Assembly (NCBI GenBank): GCA_963751595.1
Contig: CAVVVC010000001.1
Coordinates: 875,741-939,740, forward strand
Direction of reading: 5' to 3'
DNA: 64,000 nt
From: an uncultured Gammaproteobacteria bacterium
Lineage (GTDB): Bacteria > Pseudomonadota > Gammaproteobacteria > Pseudomonadales > JAHEGP01
Shown here: in pieces, positions 1-9,492 of the stretch
How positions within the stretch are numbered: position 1 is the stretch's first letter
Layout: each line of letters opens with the position of its first letter
The notes under the pieces: generated by a model
Told to the model about the DNA's origin: nothing
Databases searched by the model: none
The model's input: only the letters and a program-made list of their open reading frames with translations
Position numbers and translations under genes: made by a program

Positions 1-324
1 GAGGACTGGAAGCAACGGGCCCAGCCCAATTACATCGATGACCTGCTCGAAGACGGCGCCAACGAATTCGTGCCGGGGTACAGTAATCCGGGTAGCGGGG
101 GCGGCGGCGATGACGACCCCGAAAGCGAACCCTTGTACGATGAAGCTGTCGAATTCGTACTGCAAAGCCGCAAGGCATCGATATCCGCGGTCCAGCGCAA
201 GCTCAGAATTGGGTATAATCGCGCGGCTCGAATGATCGAGACCATGGAGCAGGCTGGCGTCGTCAGTTCCATGGGCAGTAACGGCCAGCGCGAGGTTTTG
301 GCGCCTTCACCCCCGGGAGACTGA
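1..324 (+). CDS. ftsK: DNA translocase FtsK, C-terminal fragment (5' end outside window)
   Basis: Frame is open from base 1. The tail EPLYDEAVEFVLQSRKASISAVQRKLRIGYNRAARMIETMEQAGVVS is the conserved FtsK gamma winged-helix domain. lolA follows, as usual in gammaproteobacteria. Confidence 0.85.
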   Translation, partial: EDWKQRAQPNYIDDLLEDGANEFVPGYSNPGSGGGGDDDPESEPLYDEAVEFVLQSRKASISAVQRKLRIGYNRAARMIETMEQAGVVSSMGSNGQREVLAPSPPGD

Positions 325-326
325 AC

Positions 327-947
327 ATGCCGCGATTTTCGGAGTTTGCGCCCTACGGACTCGCCCTGATGCTAGGGGTGCCCGGGGGTCAGGTTTTTGC
401 CGACGCACTGGAATCCCTCAGTCAGTCCCTTTCCCGTATCAGCAGCTATCGCGCCGAGTTCCAACAGCAAATCTACGATCAGGACCAGGAGCTGCTGCAG
501 CAGAGCGAGGGGACGCTGATGGCGGCCCGCCCCGGTAAACTGCGCTGGGAAAGCCTTGCCCCCTACGCCCAGTTGATCGTGGTGGACGGCAAACAGGTCT
601 GGCGCTACGAGGAAGACCTGCAACAGGTCGTGGTGAGCCCTTACAGCGATGATCTGGGCGGCACTCCGGCACTATTGCTCAGTGGTAATGTCGATTCCAT
701 CGCTGCCCGCTACACGGTCGCAAAAGTTGAAGACCAGTACGAACTGCTGCCCCGCGACGAGCAAAGCCTGTTCCGAAAAATGCGGGTAACCGTGGCGGAC
801 GGGAAAATCACCGGTCTACTGTTGGAAGATACTCTGGGACAGACCACCCGCCTTACCTTCACCGCGATCGAACTGAACCCCGACATTCCCCTGGAACGCT
901 TCGAATTTTTAGTGCCCGAGGGCGTGGACGTGCTGCGCGATGAGTGA
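327..947 (+). CDS. lolA: Outer-membrane lipoprotein carrier protein LolA
   Basis: 206 aa with a hydrophobic N-terminus and LolA-like sequence (GKLRWESLAPYAQLIVVDGKQVWRYEEDLQQVVV). Sits between ftsK and rarA. Confidence 0.85.
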   Translation: MPRFSEFAPYGLALMLGVPGGQVFADALESLSQSLSRISSYRAEFQQQIYDQDQELLQQSEGTLMAARPGKLRWESLAPYAQLIVVDGKQVWRYEEDLQQVVVSPYSDDLGGTPALLLSGNVDSIAARYTVAKVEDQYELLPRDEQSLFRKMRVTVADGKITGLLLEDTLGQTTRLTFTAIELNPDIPLERFEFLVPEGVDVLRDE

Positions 948-2280
948 AACCCTGTTCAGTGAAGGGGGCTACCAGCCCCTCGCTGCGGCGGTGCGGCCGC
1001 AGACCCTGGAAGACTACCGCGGGCAGCAGCATATTCTGGGCCCCGGCATGCCCCTGCGCGAGGCGCTGGAAGCAGGGCAGGTCCACTCCATGATTTTCTG
1101 GGGTCCCCCGGGGGTCGGCAAGACCACCCTGGCCAGGCTTATCGCCCGCTGTGTCGACGCGCATTTCGAAACGCTGTCGGCAGTGCTCAGCGGGGTCAAG
1201 GAAATTCGCCAGGCGATAGAGGTCGCGCGACAGCAAAAGAGTCTCGGCGACCGCAAAACTATCCTGTTTATCGACGAGGTGCATCGTTTCAACAAGGCTC
1301 AGCAGGATGCTTTCCTGCCCCATATCGAAGACGGTACCATCATCTTTATCGGAGCGACCACCGAGAATCCCTCCTTCGAACTGAATAACGCCTTGCTTTC
1401 GCGGTGTCGGGTTTACGTGCTCAAAGCCCTGCAAGTGGATACTATCGTCAGCATTCTGGAACACGCGCTGCAGGATAGCCGCGCCCCCCTGGGGCGCGCC
1501 CGGGTGGACGTCGAAGACGGTATGCTGAAGCAAATAGCCGCGGTTGCCGACGGCGATGCCAGGCGTGCCCTGAACCTGCTGGAGCTTGCTGCGGATCTGG
1601 GGCGAGCGGCGGACGGCTCGGTTACCATCAGCGAGCATTTGGCACAGCAATTGTTCAGCGGTGACGTGCGCCGCTTCGACAAGGGCGGCGATTTGTTCTA
1701 TGAGCAGATATCGGCGCTGCACAAGGCTGTGCGGGGATCGTCCCCCGATGCCGCGCTGTACTGGTTGATGCGCATGCTGGAAGGCGGCTGTGATCCATTG
1801 TATATTGCTCGCCGGGTGGTTCGCATGGCCAGCGAGGACATCGGCAATGCCGACCCGAGGGCGCTGGCGCTGGCGCTCAATGCCTGGGATACCCTCGAGC
1901 GTCTGGGTAGCCCCGAAGGCGAACTCACACTGTCCCAGGCAGTCCTGTATCTCGCCTGCGCAGCCAAGAGTAATGCCGTCTATAGCGCATACAAGAGCGC
2001 GCGGGCGGTAGTTCGTGCAGGGCCGGATTACGCGGTTCCCATGCACCTGCGAAATGCACCGACCAGGCTGATGAAATCAATGGATTACGGTACCGAATAT
2101 CGCTACGCCCATGACGAACCCGGCGCTTATGCAGCCGGCGAAAATTACCTGCCGCCGGAGCTTGCGGAGCAGCAGTTTTATCATCCGGTGGATCGCGGTC
2201 TGGAAAAGCGGATTGCGGAAAAGCTGCAGTACCTGCGCAACCTCGACCTGAGCAGCGGCCAGCGCCGCTATGTTCCCTAG
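940..2280 (+). CDS. rarA: Replication-associated recombination protein A (AAA+ ATPase RarA/MgsA)
   Basis: 446 aa with Walker [16 protein letters not shown] and the MgsA C-terminal region [20 protein letters not shown]. Overlaps lolA by 8 nt. Confidence 0.9.
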   Translation: MSETLFSEGGYQPLAAAVRPQTLEDYRGQQHILGPGMPLREALEAGQVHSMIFWGPPGVGKTTLARLIARCVDAHFETLSAVLSGVKEIRQAIEVARQQKSLGDRKTILFIDEVHRFNKAQQDAFLPHIEDGTIIFIGATTENPSFELNNALLSRCRVYVLKALQVDTIVSILEHALQDSRAPLGRARVDVEDGMLKQIAAVADGDARRALNLLELAADLGRAADGSVTISEHLAQQLFSGDVRRFDKGGDLFYEQISALHKAVRGSSPDAALYWLMRMLEGGCDPLYIARRVVRMASEDIGNADPRALALALNAWDTLERLGSPEGELTLSQAVLYLACAAKSNAVYSAYKSARAVVRAGPDYAVPMHLRNAPTRLMKSMDYGTEYRYAHDEPGAYAAGENYLPPELAEQQFYHPVDRGLEKRIAEKLQYLRNLDLSSGQRRYVP

Positions 2281-2283
2281 CTA

Positions 2284-2679
2284 ATGTCCTCTACCGCGCT
2301 GACACTCACTACCGTGGCGCTGGGCGGTGCCCTGGGTGCCGTGCTCCGCTTCCTGATGTCGAACTTTTTCAACCGGGTGTTCGAGGTTCACCATACCGTG
2401 CATATCGGCACTATGCTGGTGAACATCCTGGGCTCTTTCATCATGGGCGTTGCCTATGTGTATGTTCTGGAGAAAGAAATATGGCATCCGCACCTCAAGA
2501 GCCTGTTGATGGTGGGGATGCTGGGCGCCTTCACGACCTTTTCCTCATTTTCACTCGAAGCCATCACCTTCTTTGAGCGTGGGCACCCATGGCTCAGCCT
2601 GGCTTACGTGCTGGGCACCGTTGTCCTGTGCCTTGGCGCCGCTGCCTGCGCGATCGGCGTGGCAAGACATTTTTTCTAG
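2284..2679 (+). CDS. crcB: Fluoride channel CrcB/FluC
   Basis: 131 aa, four hydrophobic segments, CrcB-like motifs ([10 protein letters not shown]; [12 protein letters not shown]). Confidence 0.85.
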   Translation: MSSTALTLTTVALGGALGAVLRFLMSNFFNRVFEVHHTVHIGTMLVNILGSFIMGVAYVYVLEKEIWHPHLKSLLMVGMLGAFTTFSSFSLEAITFFERGHPWLSLAYVLGTVVLCLGAAACAIGVARHFF

Positions 2680-2690
2680 ACGAAAACCCT

Positions 2691-3968
2691 ATGCTTGATA
2701 TCAAACGCATTCGAAAAAACCCCGAGGAAGTCGCCGCGGGCCTCGCCCGGAAAGGCTTCAGCTTCGATGTAGCCCACTTCAATGCGCTGGATGCCAGGCG
2801 TAAACAGCTCGATATGGACAGCCAGCAACTGCAGGCAGAGCGCAAAACCGCGTCCAAAACCATCGGCGAACTGGTCAGGCAGGGGACTCCCGTGGAGGAA
2901 GCCAAGCAGAGCGTCAACGCGACCCTGGAGCGGATTTCCCAACAGCTCGACGCCAGCCTGGAGCAATCCCGCGATGTTCAGGCGAGTATCGACCAACTGT
3001 TGATGGCAACACCCAACCTGCCCCAGGCCGATGTTCCAGCTGGGGATACCGAGGCCGATAATGTCGAGGTCAAACGCTGGGGAGAACCCCGCCAGTTCGA
3101 TTTCCAGGCCCTCGACCATGTTGCCCTGGGGGGCAGGAGCGGCTTGCTCGACTTCGATGCCGCGGCAAAAATCACCGGCGCCCGGTTTGCTGTCCTCAAG
3201 GGGTCGTTGGCGCGCCTGCATCGCGCCTTGATCCAGTTGATGCTGGATACCCACACCCTTCAGCACGGATACACCGAAGTCAATATTCCCTATATCGTCA
3301 ACGCCAAATCCCTGGAGGGCACAGGCCAGTTGCCCAAGTTCGAGGAGGATTTGTTCAAGCTCGACGCTGAGCAAGGCTGGTACCTGATACCCACTGCGGA
3401 GGTTCCGGTTACCAATATCCTGCGCGATGAAATTGCCGATGAGTTGCCCCTGAAAATGGTCTGCCACAGCCCCTGTTTTCGTAGTGAGGCCGGCAGCCAC
3501 GGGAAAGATACCCGGGGGATGATTCGCCAGCATCAGTTCGAAAAGGTGGAGCTGGTACAGATGGTCGCGCCCGGGCAATCCGACCAGGCCCTGGAACAGT
3601 TGACGGCAGATGCCGAGGCGATCCTGCAAATCCTGGACTTGCCCTATCGAAAGGTTATCCTGTGTGGCGGTGACTTGGGTTTTTCAGCGCAGAAAACCTA
3701 TGACCTGGAGGTCTGGCTACCCGGTCAGGAGGCCTACCGCGAGATCAGCTCCTGCAGTAACTTCGGTGACTACCAGGCACGGCGACTCAAGGCCCGTTGG
3801 CGCAATCCCGAAACCGGTAAGCCCGAATACCTGCACACTCTCAACGGGTCCGGGCTGGCCGTGGGGCGCACTCTGGTCGCCCTGCTGGAAAACTATCAAC
3901 AGGCCGACGGAACGATAACGATTCCTGCGGCTTTGCAGCCCTATATGGGCGGCACCCGCTGTATCTGA
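2691..3968 (+). CDS. serS: Seryl-tRNA synthetase
   Basis: Start taken at ATG 2691 ([14 protein letters not shown]) rather than the upstream ATG 2589, which lies inside crcB. Class II motifs [25 protein letters not shown] and [18 protein letters not shown] are present. Confidence 0.95.
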   Translation: MLDIKRIRKNPEEVAAGLARKGFSFDVAHFNALDARRKQLDMDSQQLQAERKTASKTIGELVRQGTPVEEAKQSVNATLERISQQLDASLEQSRDVQASIDQLLMATPNLPQADVPAGDTEADNVEVKRWGEPRQFDFQALDHVALGGRSGLLDFDAAAKITGARFAVLKGSLARLHRALIQLMLDTHTLQHGYTEVNIPYIVNAKSLEGTGQLPKFEEDLFKLDAEQGWYLIPTAEVPVTNILRDEIADELPLKMVCHSPCFRSEAGSHGKDTRGMIRQHQFEKVELVQMVAPGQSDQALEQLTADAEAILQILDLPYRKVILCGGDLGFSAQKTYDLEVWLPGQEAYREISSCSNFGDYQARRLKARWRNPETGKPEYLHTLNGSGLAVGRTLVALLENYQQADGTITIPAALQPYMGGTRCI

Positions 3969-4049
3969 GGGCGCGGCCCTGTTTCCTATCGTAGTCGCTT
4001 GACCCCGCCTGCAAGAGGGTCGCGCCAGCCCCAATAGGCCCAAATTCAG

Positions 4050-5477
4050 GTGCCTGACATGGCCGGGATACCAGCAGTGATGAAATACTTGCCATTATCC
4101 GTCAATCTCCACGGCCAGCCGGTACTGCTGGTGGGTGGTGGTGAAGTGGCGCTGCGCAAGGCACGCCAACTCAGCCGATGCAAAGCCATCGTCACCGTGG
4201 TGGCACCTGCCATCGATCCGACCCTGCGCAAAACAGTGCTCGAAGCCGGAGGCTTCGTTTTCTCCCGCTGCTTTGAGGACGCAGACATCGAGGCAAAACG
4301 CCTGGTTGTCGCGGCGACCGATTCGACGGCGGTCAATCGACGGATCTCGGCGCTCTGTCACAACCGCAACATTCTGGTGAACGTGGTGGACCAGCCAGCG
4401 CTGTGTAGCGTGGTGTTCCCGGCGGTCGTGAACCGGGAGCCTTTGACCATCGCTATCAGCAGTGGCGGCAGTTCGCCGGTGTTAACGCGCATGCTGCGGG
4501 CGAAGATAGAAAGCACGGTGTCCAGTAACTACGGTAAGCTGGCCGACTTTGCCGCTGCTTTCAGGGCCGCAGTCAAACAGAGCATCATCGAACCCGGGCG
4601 GCGGCGACATTTCTGGGAAGACGTTCTCCAGGGGCCAGTCGGGGAGATGGTACTCTCGGGCCGGAGGGAGGAAGCAGATGCCCTGCTGGTGGAAAGTCTG
4701 CGACAGGATGCCAAGCCCCCGCGGGGGGAAGTCTATCTGGTAGGTGCCGGCCCCGGTGATCCCGACCTGCTGACCTTCAAAGCGTATCGGCTGATGCAGA
4801 AGGCCGAGATCGTCCTCTACGATCGCCTGGTTGCCCCGGCCATTGTCGACCTGTGTCGAGCCGACGCCGAACGCATTTATGTCGGCAAGGCCAGGAGCGA
4901 TCATGCGCTGCCCCAGCAGGAGATCAACCAATTGCTCCTGCAGCATGCCCGGGCAGGTAAACGGGTGCTGCGGCTGAAGGGCGGGGACCCCTTCATTTTC
5001 GGGCGAGGCGGGGAGGAGATCGAACAACTGGCAGAGCACGGGGTTCCGTTTCAGGTGGTCCCCGGTATTACTGCCGCCTCGGGCTGTGCCAGCTATGCCG
5101 GCATTCCGCTGACACACCGGGACTATGCCCAGTCGGTGCGTTTCGTGACCGGGCATCTACAGGATGGTACGACGGACCTGAACTGGAACGAGCTGGTAAG
5201 CCCCCAGCAGACCCTGGTCTTTTATATGAGCCTGACCGGCCTGCCCACCATCTGCCGACAATTGATGGCCCATGGGCGGGCCGGCAGTACTCCCGTCGCG
5301 CTGATCGAGCAGGGTACCACGTCCAATCAACGCGTGTTTTGCGGGCAACTGGATAATTTCGTTGCTATCATTGCGGCGGCAAAACCCCGCGCCCCCACCT
5401 TACTGATCGTCGGTGAAGTCGTTAAACTTCGCAGTCGTCTCGCCTGGTTCGGCGCTGACACTCCACAGCAAGAGTAA
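4050..5477 (+). CDS. cysG: Siroheme synthase (precorrin-2 dehydrogenase/ferrochelatase + uroporphyrinogen-III methyltransferase)
   Basis: 475 aa. N-terminal Rossmann fold ([12 protein letters not shown]) plus a C-terminal SUMT domain ([27 protein letters not shown]). The true start could be ATG 4080. Confidence 0.9.
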   Translation: MPDMAGIPAVMKYLPLSVNLHGQPVLLVGGGEVALRKARQLSRCKAIVTVVAPAIDPTLRKTVLEAGGFVFSRCFEDADIEAKRLVVAATDSTAVNRRISALCHNRNILVNVVDQPALCSVVFPAVVNREPLTIAISSGGSSPVLTRMLRAKIESTVSSNYGKLADFAAAFRAAVKQSIIEPGRRRHFWEDVLQGPVGEMVLSGRREEADALLVESLRQDAKPPRGEVYLVGAGPGDPDLLTFKAYRLMQKAEIVLYDRLVAPAIVDLCRADAERIYVGKARSDHALPQQEINQLLLQHARAGKRVLRLKGGDPFIFGRGGEEIEQLAEHGVPFQVVPGITAASGCASYAGIPLTHRDYAQSVRFVTGHLQDGTTDLNWNELVSPQQTLVFYMSLTGLPTICRQLMAHGRAGSTPVALIEQGTTSNQRVFCGQLDNFVAIIAAAKPRAPTLLIVGEVVKLRSRLAWFGADTPQQE

Positions 5478-6845
5478 ATGAATATGAGCGAGTACGAGTA
5501 CGATCTGGTGGTCATTGGCGGTGGCTCGGGCGGTGTACGAGCAGCAAGGATGTCGGCCGGCTATGGCGCAAAGGTGGCCATTGTCGAAGACCGCTACTGG
5601 GGTGGTACCTGTGTCAACGTGGGCTGTGTGCCAAAGAAACTGTACTACTACGCCTCCCATTTCTCGGAGGCGTTCAAGGATTCACAGGGGTTTGGCTGGA
5701 GTCCTGGGCAGCCCGGCTTCGACTGGGAAACACTCAAGCGCAACCGGGCTGGGGAAATTTCACGACTCAACGGCATCTATCAGAATATTCTGGGAGGCGC
5801 GGACGTCGAGATCATCGACGGCCATGGCCGCATACTGGGTCCCCACAGTGTCGACGTGGACGGCAAGCGCCAACTGTCTGCCAGGCACATCCTGATCGCC
5901 ACCGGAGGCTGGCCCTATATTCCGGAATTTCCGGGTAAGGAGCATGTCATCAGTTCCAACGAGGTGTTTGACTTGCCGCACTTGCCCGAGACCCTGGTGG
6001 TGGTCGGTGGCGGTTACATCGCGGTCGAGTTTGCCGGCATCTTCAACGGCCTTGGGGTGGAAGTCCACCAGATTTATCGCGGCGAGGTTTTATTGCGTCA
6101 CTTCGACCTCTCCGTGCGCGAGGTGATCACCGAAGAGGTCGCGCGCAAGGGGGTGCAGCTCGCCCTGAATACCAATGTCTCCGAGGTGCGCAAGACCGAT
6201 GACGGCAGGCTTTTGGTCAGGCTCACCGATGGTCGTGATGTTCACGCCGACGCCGTACTCTACGCCACCGGGCGCAAACCGAACTACCAGGACCTCGGTT
6301 TGGAAAATGTGGATCTGCGCCTGACCCCCAGGGGCACCGTCGAGGTCGACGAATTTTACCAAAGCAGCGTGCCGTCGATTCACGCCCTTGGCGATGTCAT
6401 CCATACCCAGGAGTTAACGCCGGTGGCATTGGCCGAGGGTATGGTGCTGGCACGCCACTTGTTTGGGGGAGGGTCCGAGGCGCTGGATTACGACTACATT
6501 CCCACCGCAGTTTTCAGCCAGCCCAATATCGCCTGCGTCGGACTCACGGAAGAGAAAGCCCGTGCGACCCTGGATGGGATCAGCGTATTCGAGAGCAATT
6601 TTACCCACATGAAAAACACCCTGGGAGGCAGCAAGAGTCGAACCTACATGAAGATCCTGGTCGAGCGCAGCAGCGACCGGGTTGTCGGCATGCATATGGT
6701 GGGGGAGGACGCCGGTGAGATCATTCAGGGCTTCGCTGCCGCGATGAAGGCTGGCATTACCAAGAGCGTACTCGACAGCACCCTGGGTATTCACCCCACC
6801 GCGGCCGAGGAATTTGTCACCATGCGCGAGGCGTCGCGCCAATGA
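5478..6845 (+). CDS. gor: Glutathione-disulfide reductase
   Basis: 455 aa with FAD site GGGSGG, redox-active CVNVGCVPKK and C-terminal HPTAAEE. The ATG abuts the cysG stop. Confidence 0.88.
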   Translation: MNMSEYEYDLVVIGGGSGGVRAARMSAGYGAKVAIVEDRYWGGTCVNVGCVPKKLYYYASHFSEAFKDSQGFGWSPGQPGFDWETLKRNRAGEISRLNGIYQNILGGADVEIIDGHGRILGPHSVDVDGKRQLSARHILIATGGWPYIPEFPGKEHVISSNEVFDLPHLPETLVVVGGGYIAVEFAGIFNGLGVEVHQIYRGEVLLRHFDLSVREVITEEVARKGVQLALNTNVSEVRKTDDGRLLVRLTDGRDVHADAVLYATGRKPNYQDLGLENVDLRLTPRGTVEVDEFYQSSVPSIHALGDVIHTQELTPVALAEGMVLARHLFGGGSEALDYDYIPTAVFSQPNIACVGLTEEKARATLDGISVFESNFTHMKNTLGGSKSRTYMKILVERSSDRVVGMHMVGEDAGEIIQGFAAAMKAGITKSVLDSTLGIHPTAAEEFVTMREASRQ

Positions 6846-6888
6846 CCCCGAAGCCGCGCAAGAAGCGCCAGTAGGAGCACCCTGTTCG

Positions 6889-8373
6889 ATGGGCCTGGCA
6901 ATCGACAAGGCGGAATTTAGCGCGGCCGAGTTCAGTCAATTCAAGCGCCGCCTGTGGCACTGTTTGGGGCTGCTCAAGGAGGTACTACGGGATCCGGGTT
7001 TTGGCGGCGAAAAAAAGTCTTGGGGGGCCGAGCTGGAGCTTTATATCGTCGACGCTGACGGTTGTGTGGTCCCGGCAAACCAGGCGATACAGCAAGAGCA
7101 CAACGATCCGCTCCTGACCCTTGAACTCAATCGCTTCAACCTGGAATACAACCTGGCACCGGTGTCCGGCAGTGCAACGCCGTTCAGCGACCTGCAAGGC
7201 AATCTCGACCTGGCGATGCGGCGGCTGGCGATCACCGCGGCCCGGCACCGGGCGCAAATCGTGCCCATCGGTATCTGTCCTACCCTGCGAAGCAATCATT
7301 TCGGTCTGGAATGGATGACGGATTTGCCCCGCTACCACGCCCTGAGTAGCGGACTCAAACGCCTCGGCAGCGGTGAATTCAGGATTCAGATCAATGGTAG
7401 CCCACCGCTGACGATCGAGCGGAGTGACGTTACCATGGAGGGCGCCAACACCTCGTTCCAGTTCCACTACCGTGTTGTCAACCGCGATTTCGTCGATGTA
7501 TACAATGCTCTGCTGCTGGCCAGCGGTGTGGTGATGGGCTTGGCGTGCAATTCGCCGACCCTGTTCGGGCATCGCTTGTGGCATGAGACCCGGGTGCCCC
7601 TGTTCAAGCACTCCATCGACAGTCGCCGGGGCGACAAGCACTGGCGGCAACCGGCCCGGGTCAGTTTCGGTCAGGGCTGGGCACGGCGCTGTGCGTACGA
7701 ACTGTTTGCAGAAACCGCGGCAATCCATCCGCCGCTGTTGCCGGTTTGCAGCAGCGTCGATTATGTCGAGCAAATGCGGCGCGGCAACCCGCCGGCACTG
7801 GATGAGCTGCGGATGCACCAGAATTCGGTCTGGCCCTGGTTGCGGCCGGTGTACGACGCAGCCGATGGTGGTCACCTGCGGCTGGAGTTACGGGCGCTGC
7901 CCGCTGGCCCCAGCCATGTCGATATGTTTGCCAACGCGGCCTTTTATATCGGCCTGGCCGAGGGTCTGCGACCGGAACTGGAAACCCTGCTACCGGCGAT
8001 GCCCTTCAGCTACGCCAAGTACAATTTCTACCGCGCTGCCCAGTTCGGGGATCGGGCGCAGTTGGTATGGCCCGACCTCAAGCACCAGCAATTGCGCGAG
8101 ATATCACTGACGGATCTGGTGCAACACCTGCTACCGGTGGCACGCCGCGGCCTGCAGCAAATCCAGGTGGATGAAGCCGAGATCGATGTTTATCTGGGCG
8201 TGATCGAGGAGCGCCTTGAAGCCCGCTGCACCGGTGCAAGCTGGCAGTTGGCTTGCCTGGACCGGCTGGCGGCCGACGGGATGGCGCCCATGGCCGCCAC
8301 TGAGGCAATGTTGCAGCTTTACATGCAGCAAGTCCGCAGCTCCAGGCCCGTTGCGCAGTGGGGTTCCGTGTAA
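6889..8373 (+). CDS. Glutamate-cysteine ligase family 2 (GCS2/YbdK-like carboxylate-amine ligase)
   Basis: Start chosen at ATG 6889 (AGGAG about 11 nt upstream); the ORF-track start 6814 overlaps gor. GCS2-like blocks: GAELELYIVD, NTSFQFHYRV, PLFKHSIDSR. Confidence 0.65.
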   Translation: MGLAIDKAEFSAAEFSQFKRRLWHCLGLLKEVLRDPGFGGEKKSWGAELELYIVDADGCVVPANQAIQQEHNDPLLTLELNRFNLEYNLAPVSGSATPFSDLQGNLDLAMRRLAITAARHRAQIVPIGICPTLRSNHFGLEWMTDLPRYHALSSGLKRLGSGEFRIQINGSPPLTIERSDVTMEGANTSFQFHYRVVNRDFVDVYNALLLASGVVMGLACNSPTLFGHRLWHETRVPLFKHSIDSRRGDKHWRQPARVSFGQGWARRCAYELFAETAAIHPPLLPVCSSVDYVEQMRRGNPPALDELRMHQNSVWPWLRPVYDAADGGHLRLELRALPAGPSHVDMFANAAFYIGLAEGLRPELETLLPAMPFSYAKYNFYRAAQFGDRAQLVWPDLKHQQLREISLTDLVQHLLPVARRGLQQIQVDEAEIDVYLGVIEERLEARCTGASWQLACLDRLAADGMAPMAATEAMLQLYMQQVRSSRPVAQWGSV

Positions 8374-9395
8374 TGACCGCCATTGCTGTCTGGTACGATC
8401 CACCGGCCGATGAACTGGGCAGCAACGAGCTGGAATTCCTCGACATACTCGGCGGCCCCGCCTGCCTTGTAGTGCCGGGGCGCGACCGTAGCCGCTGTCG
8501 ATTTCTGGTAACCCTGTTGCACGGCAACGAACCGTCGGGGACGATCGCACTGCACCGCTGGCTTACCCATCCCCGGGCTGTACCGGCGGTCGACATCTAC
8601 TGCGTGGTAATGAACACCGAGGCCGCGCTCACCCGTCCTCATTTCAGCCTTCGACAATTACCCGGCCGACGCGACCTCAATCGCTGCTTCCGTGAACCCT
8701 TCGCCGATGCCGAGGGCCAGCTTGCGGCGTCCTTGCTCAATTTGATTCATCACCATCAACCCGAGGCTCTGGTGGATATACACAACACCTCGGGTATGGG
8801 CCCTTCGTTCGGGGTCGCGGTGTTCTACGATCGTCAGCACGATGCCCTGGTATCGCTGTTCACCGAACGCCTGGTGGTGACAGACCTGCGCCTGGGGGCG
8901 CTGATGGAACTTAGTGATCACGAGGTTCCAACGGTGACCATCGAGTGCGGCGGCAGTCAGGACCTGGAATCCCATGAGATAGCCTTCGACGGCCTGTTAC
9001 GCTATGTCAGCCTGCCACAACTCTTTGTCGCCCCGGACAGTGACTGGCCCCTGGATGTACTTCACCACCCGGTGCGCCTGGAGCTGGACCCGACAGTCGC
9101 GATCGCCTACGCGGAACAGCCATCCCCGGAGGCTGATCTCTGCTTGCGAGTCGATATTGAACATTTCAACTTCGGCGAGGTGTGCGGCGCAACGCCTTTG
9201 GGCTGGGTCAGCCAACGGGGTTGGCAGGGAATCCGGGTCGTCGACAGTCGGGGGACCAACCATCGCGACGCCTACCTGCGGGAGGAGGGGGGCCAGCTCT
9301 ACCCCGCAACCCGACTAAAGCTGTTCATGATCACGTCTAACCCGACGATCGCGCTGTCCGACTGTCTCTGCTATGCCGTTCGCTGCACCGTTTGA
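8373..9395 (+). CDS. Succinylglutamate desuccinylase/aspartoacylase (AstE/AspA, M14-like) family protein
   Basis: The ATG overlaps the upstream stop (TAATG at 8371-8375). The LLHGNEPSG zinc-site motif and a later IHNTSG resemble the family. Confidence 0.6.
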   Translation: MTAIAVWYDPPADELGSNELEFLDILGGPACLVVPGRDRSRCRFLVTLLHGNEPSGTIALHRWLTHPRAVPAVDIYCVVMNTEAALTRPHFSLRQLPGRRDLNRCFREPFADAEGQLAASLLNLIHHHQPEALVDIHNTSGMGPSFGVAVFYDRQHDALVSLFTERLVVTDLRLGALMELSDHEVPTVTIECGGSQDLESHEIAFDGLLRYVSLPQLFVAPDSDWPLDVLHHPVRLELDPTVAIAYAEQPSPEADLCLRVDIEHFNFGEVCGATPLGWVSQRGWQGIRVVDSRGTNHRDAYLREEGGQLYPATRLKLFMITSNPTIALSDCLCYAVRCTV

Positions 9396-9492
9396 GGTTC
9401 AGGTCTGCCGACGGGTACCTGGCGACCAGTCCTGAAAGCACCGGTTGCAAACTGTCTGAGCATCCCGCTCTGGGGGGGCGAAGCCACCCGGG

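Noticed and set aside
859-2046. Long antisense or overlapping ORFs opposite well-supported genes, e.g. 859-2046(-), 2676-3629(-), 4482-5156(-), 9541-10884(+), 20413-21441(-), 23541-24221(-), 34584-35462(+), 42324-43295(-), 54056-54772(+), 58217-59581(-), 60990-62027(+)
   Set aside because: These are typical high-GC shadow ORFs with Arg/Gly/Pro-rich, motif-free translations, each fully inside a gene that has clear family motifs on the other strand or frame.
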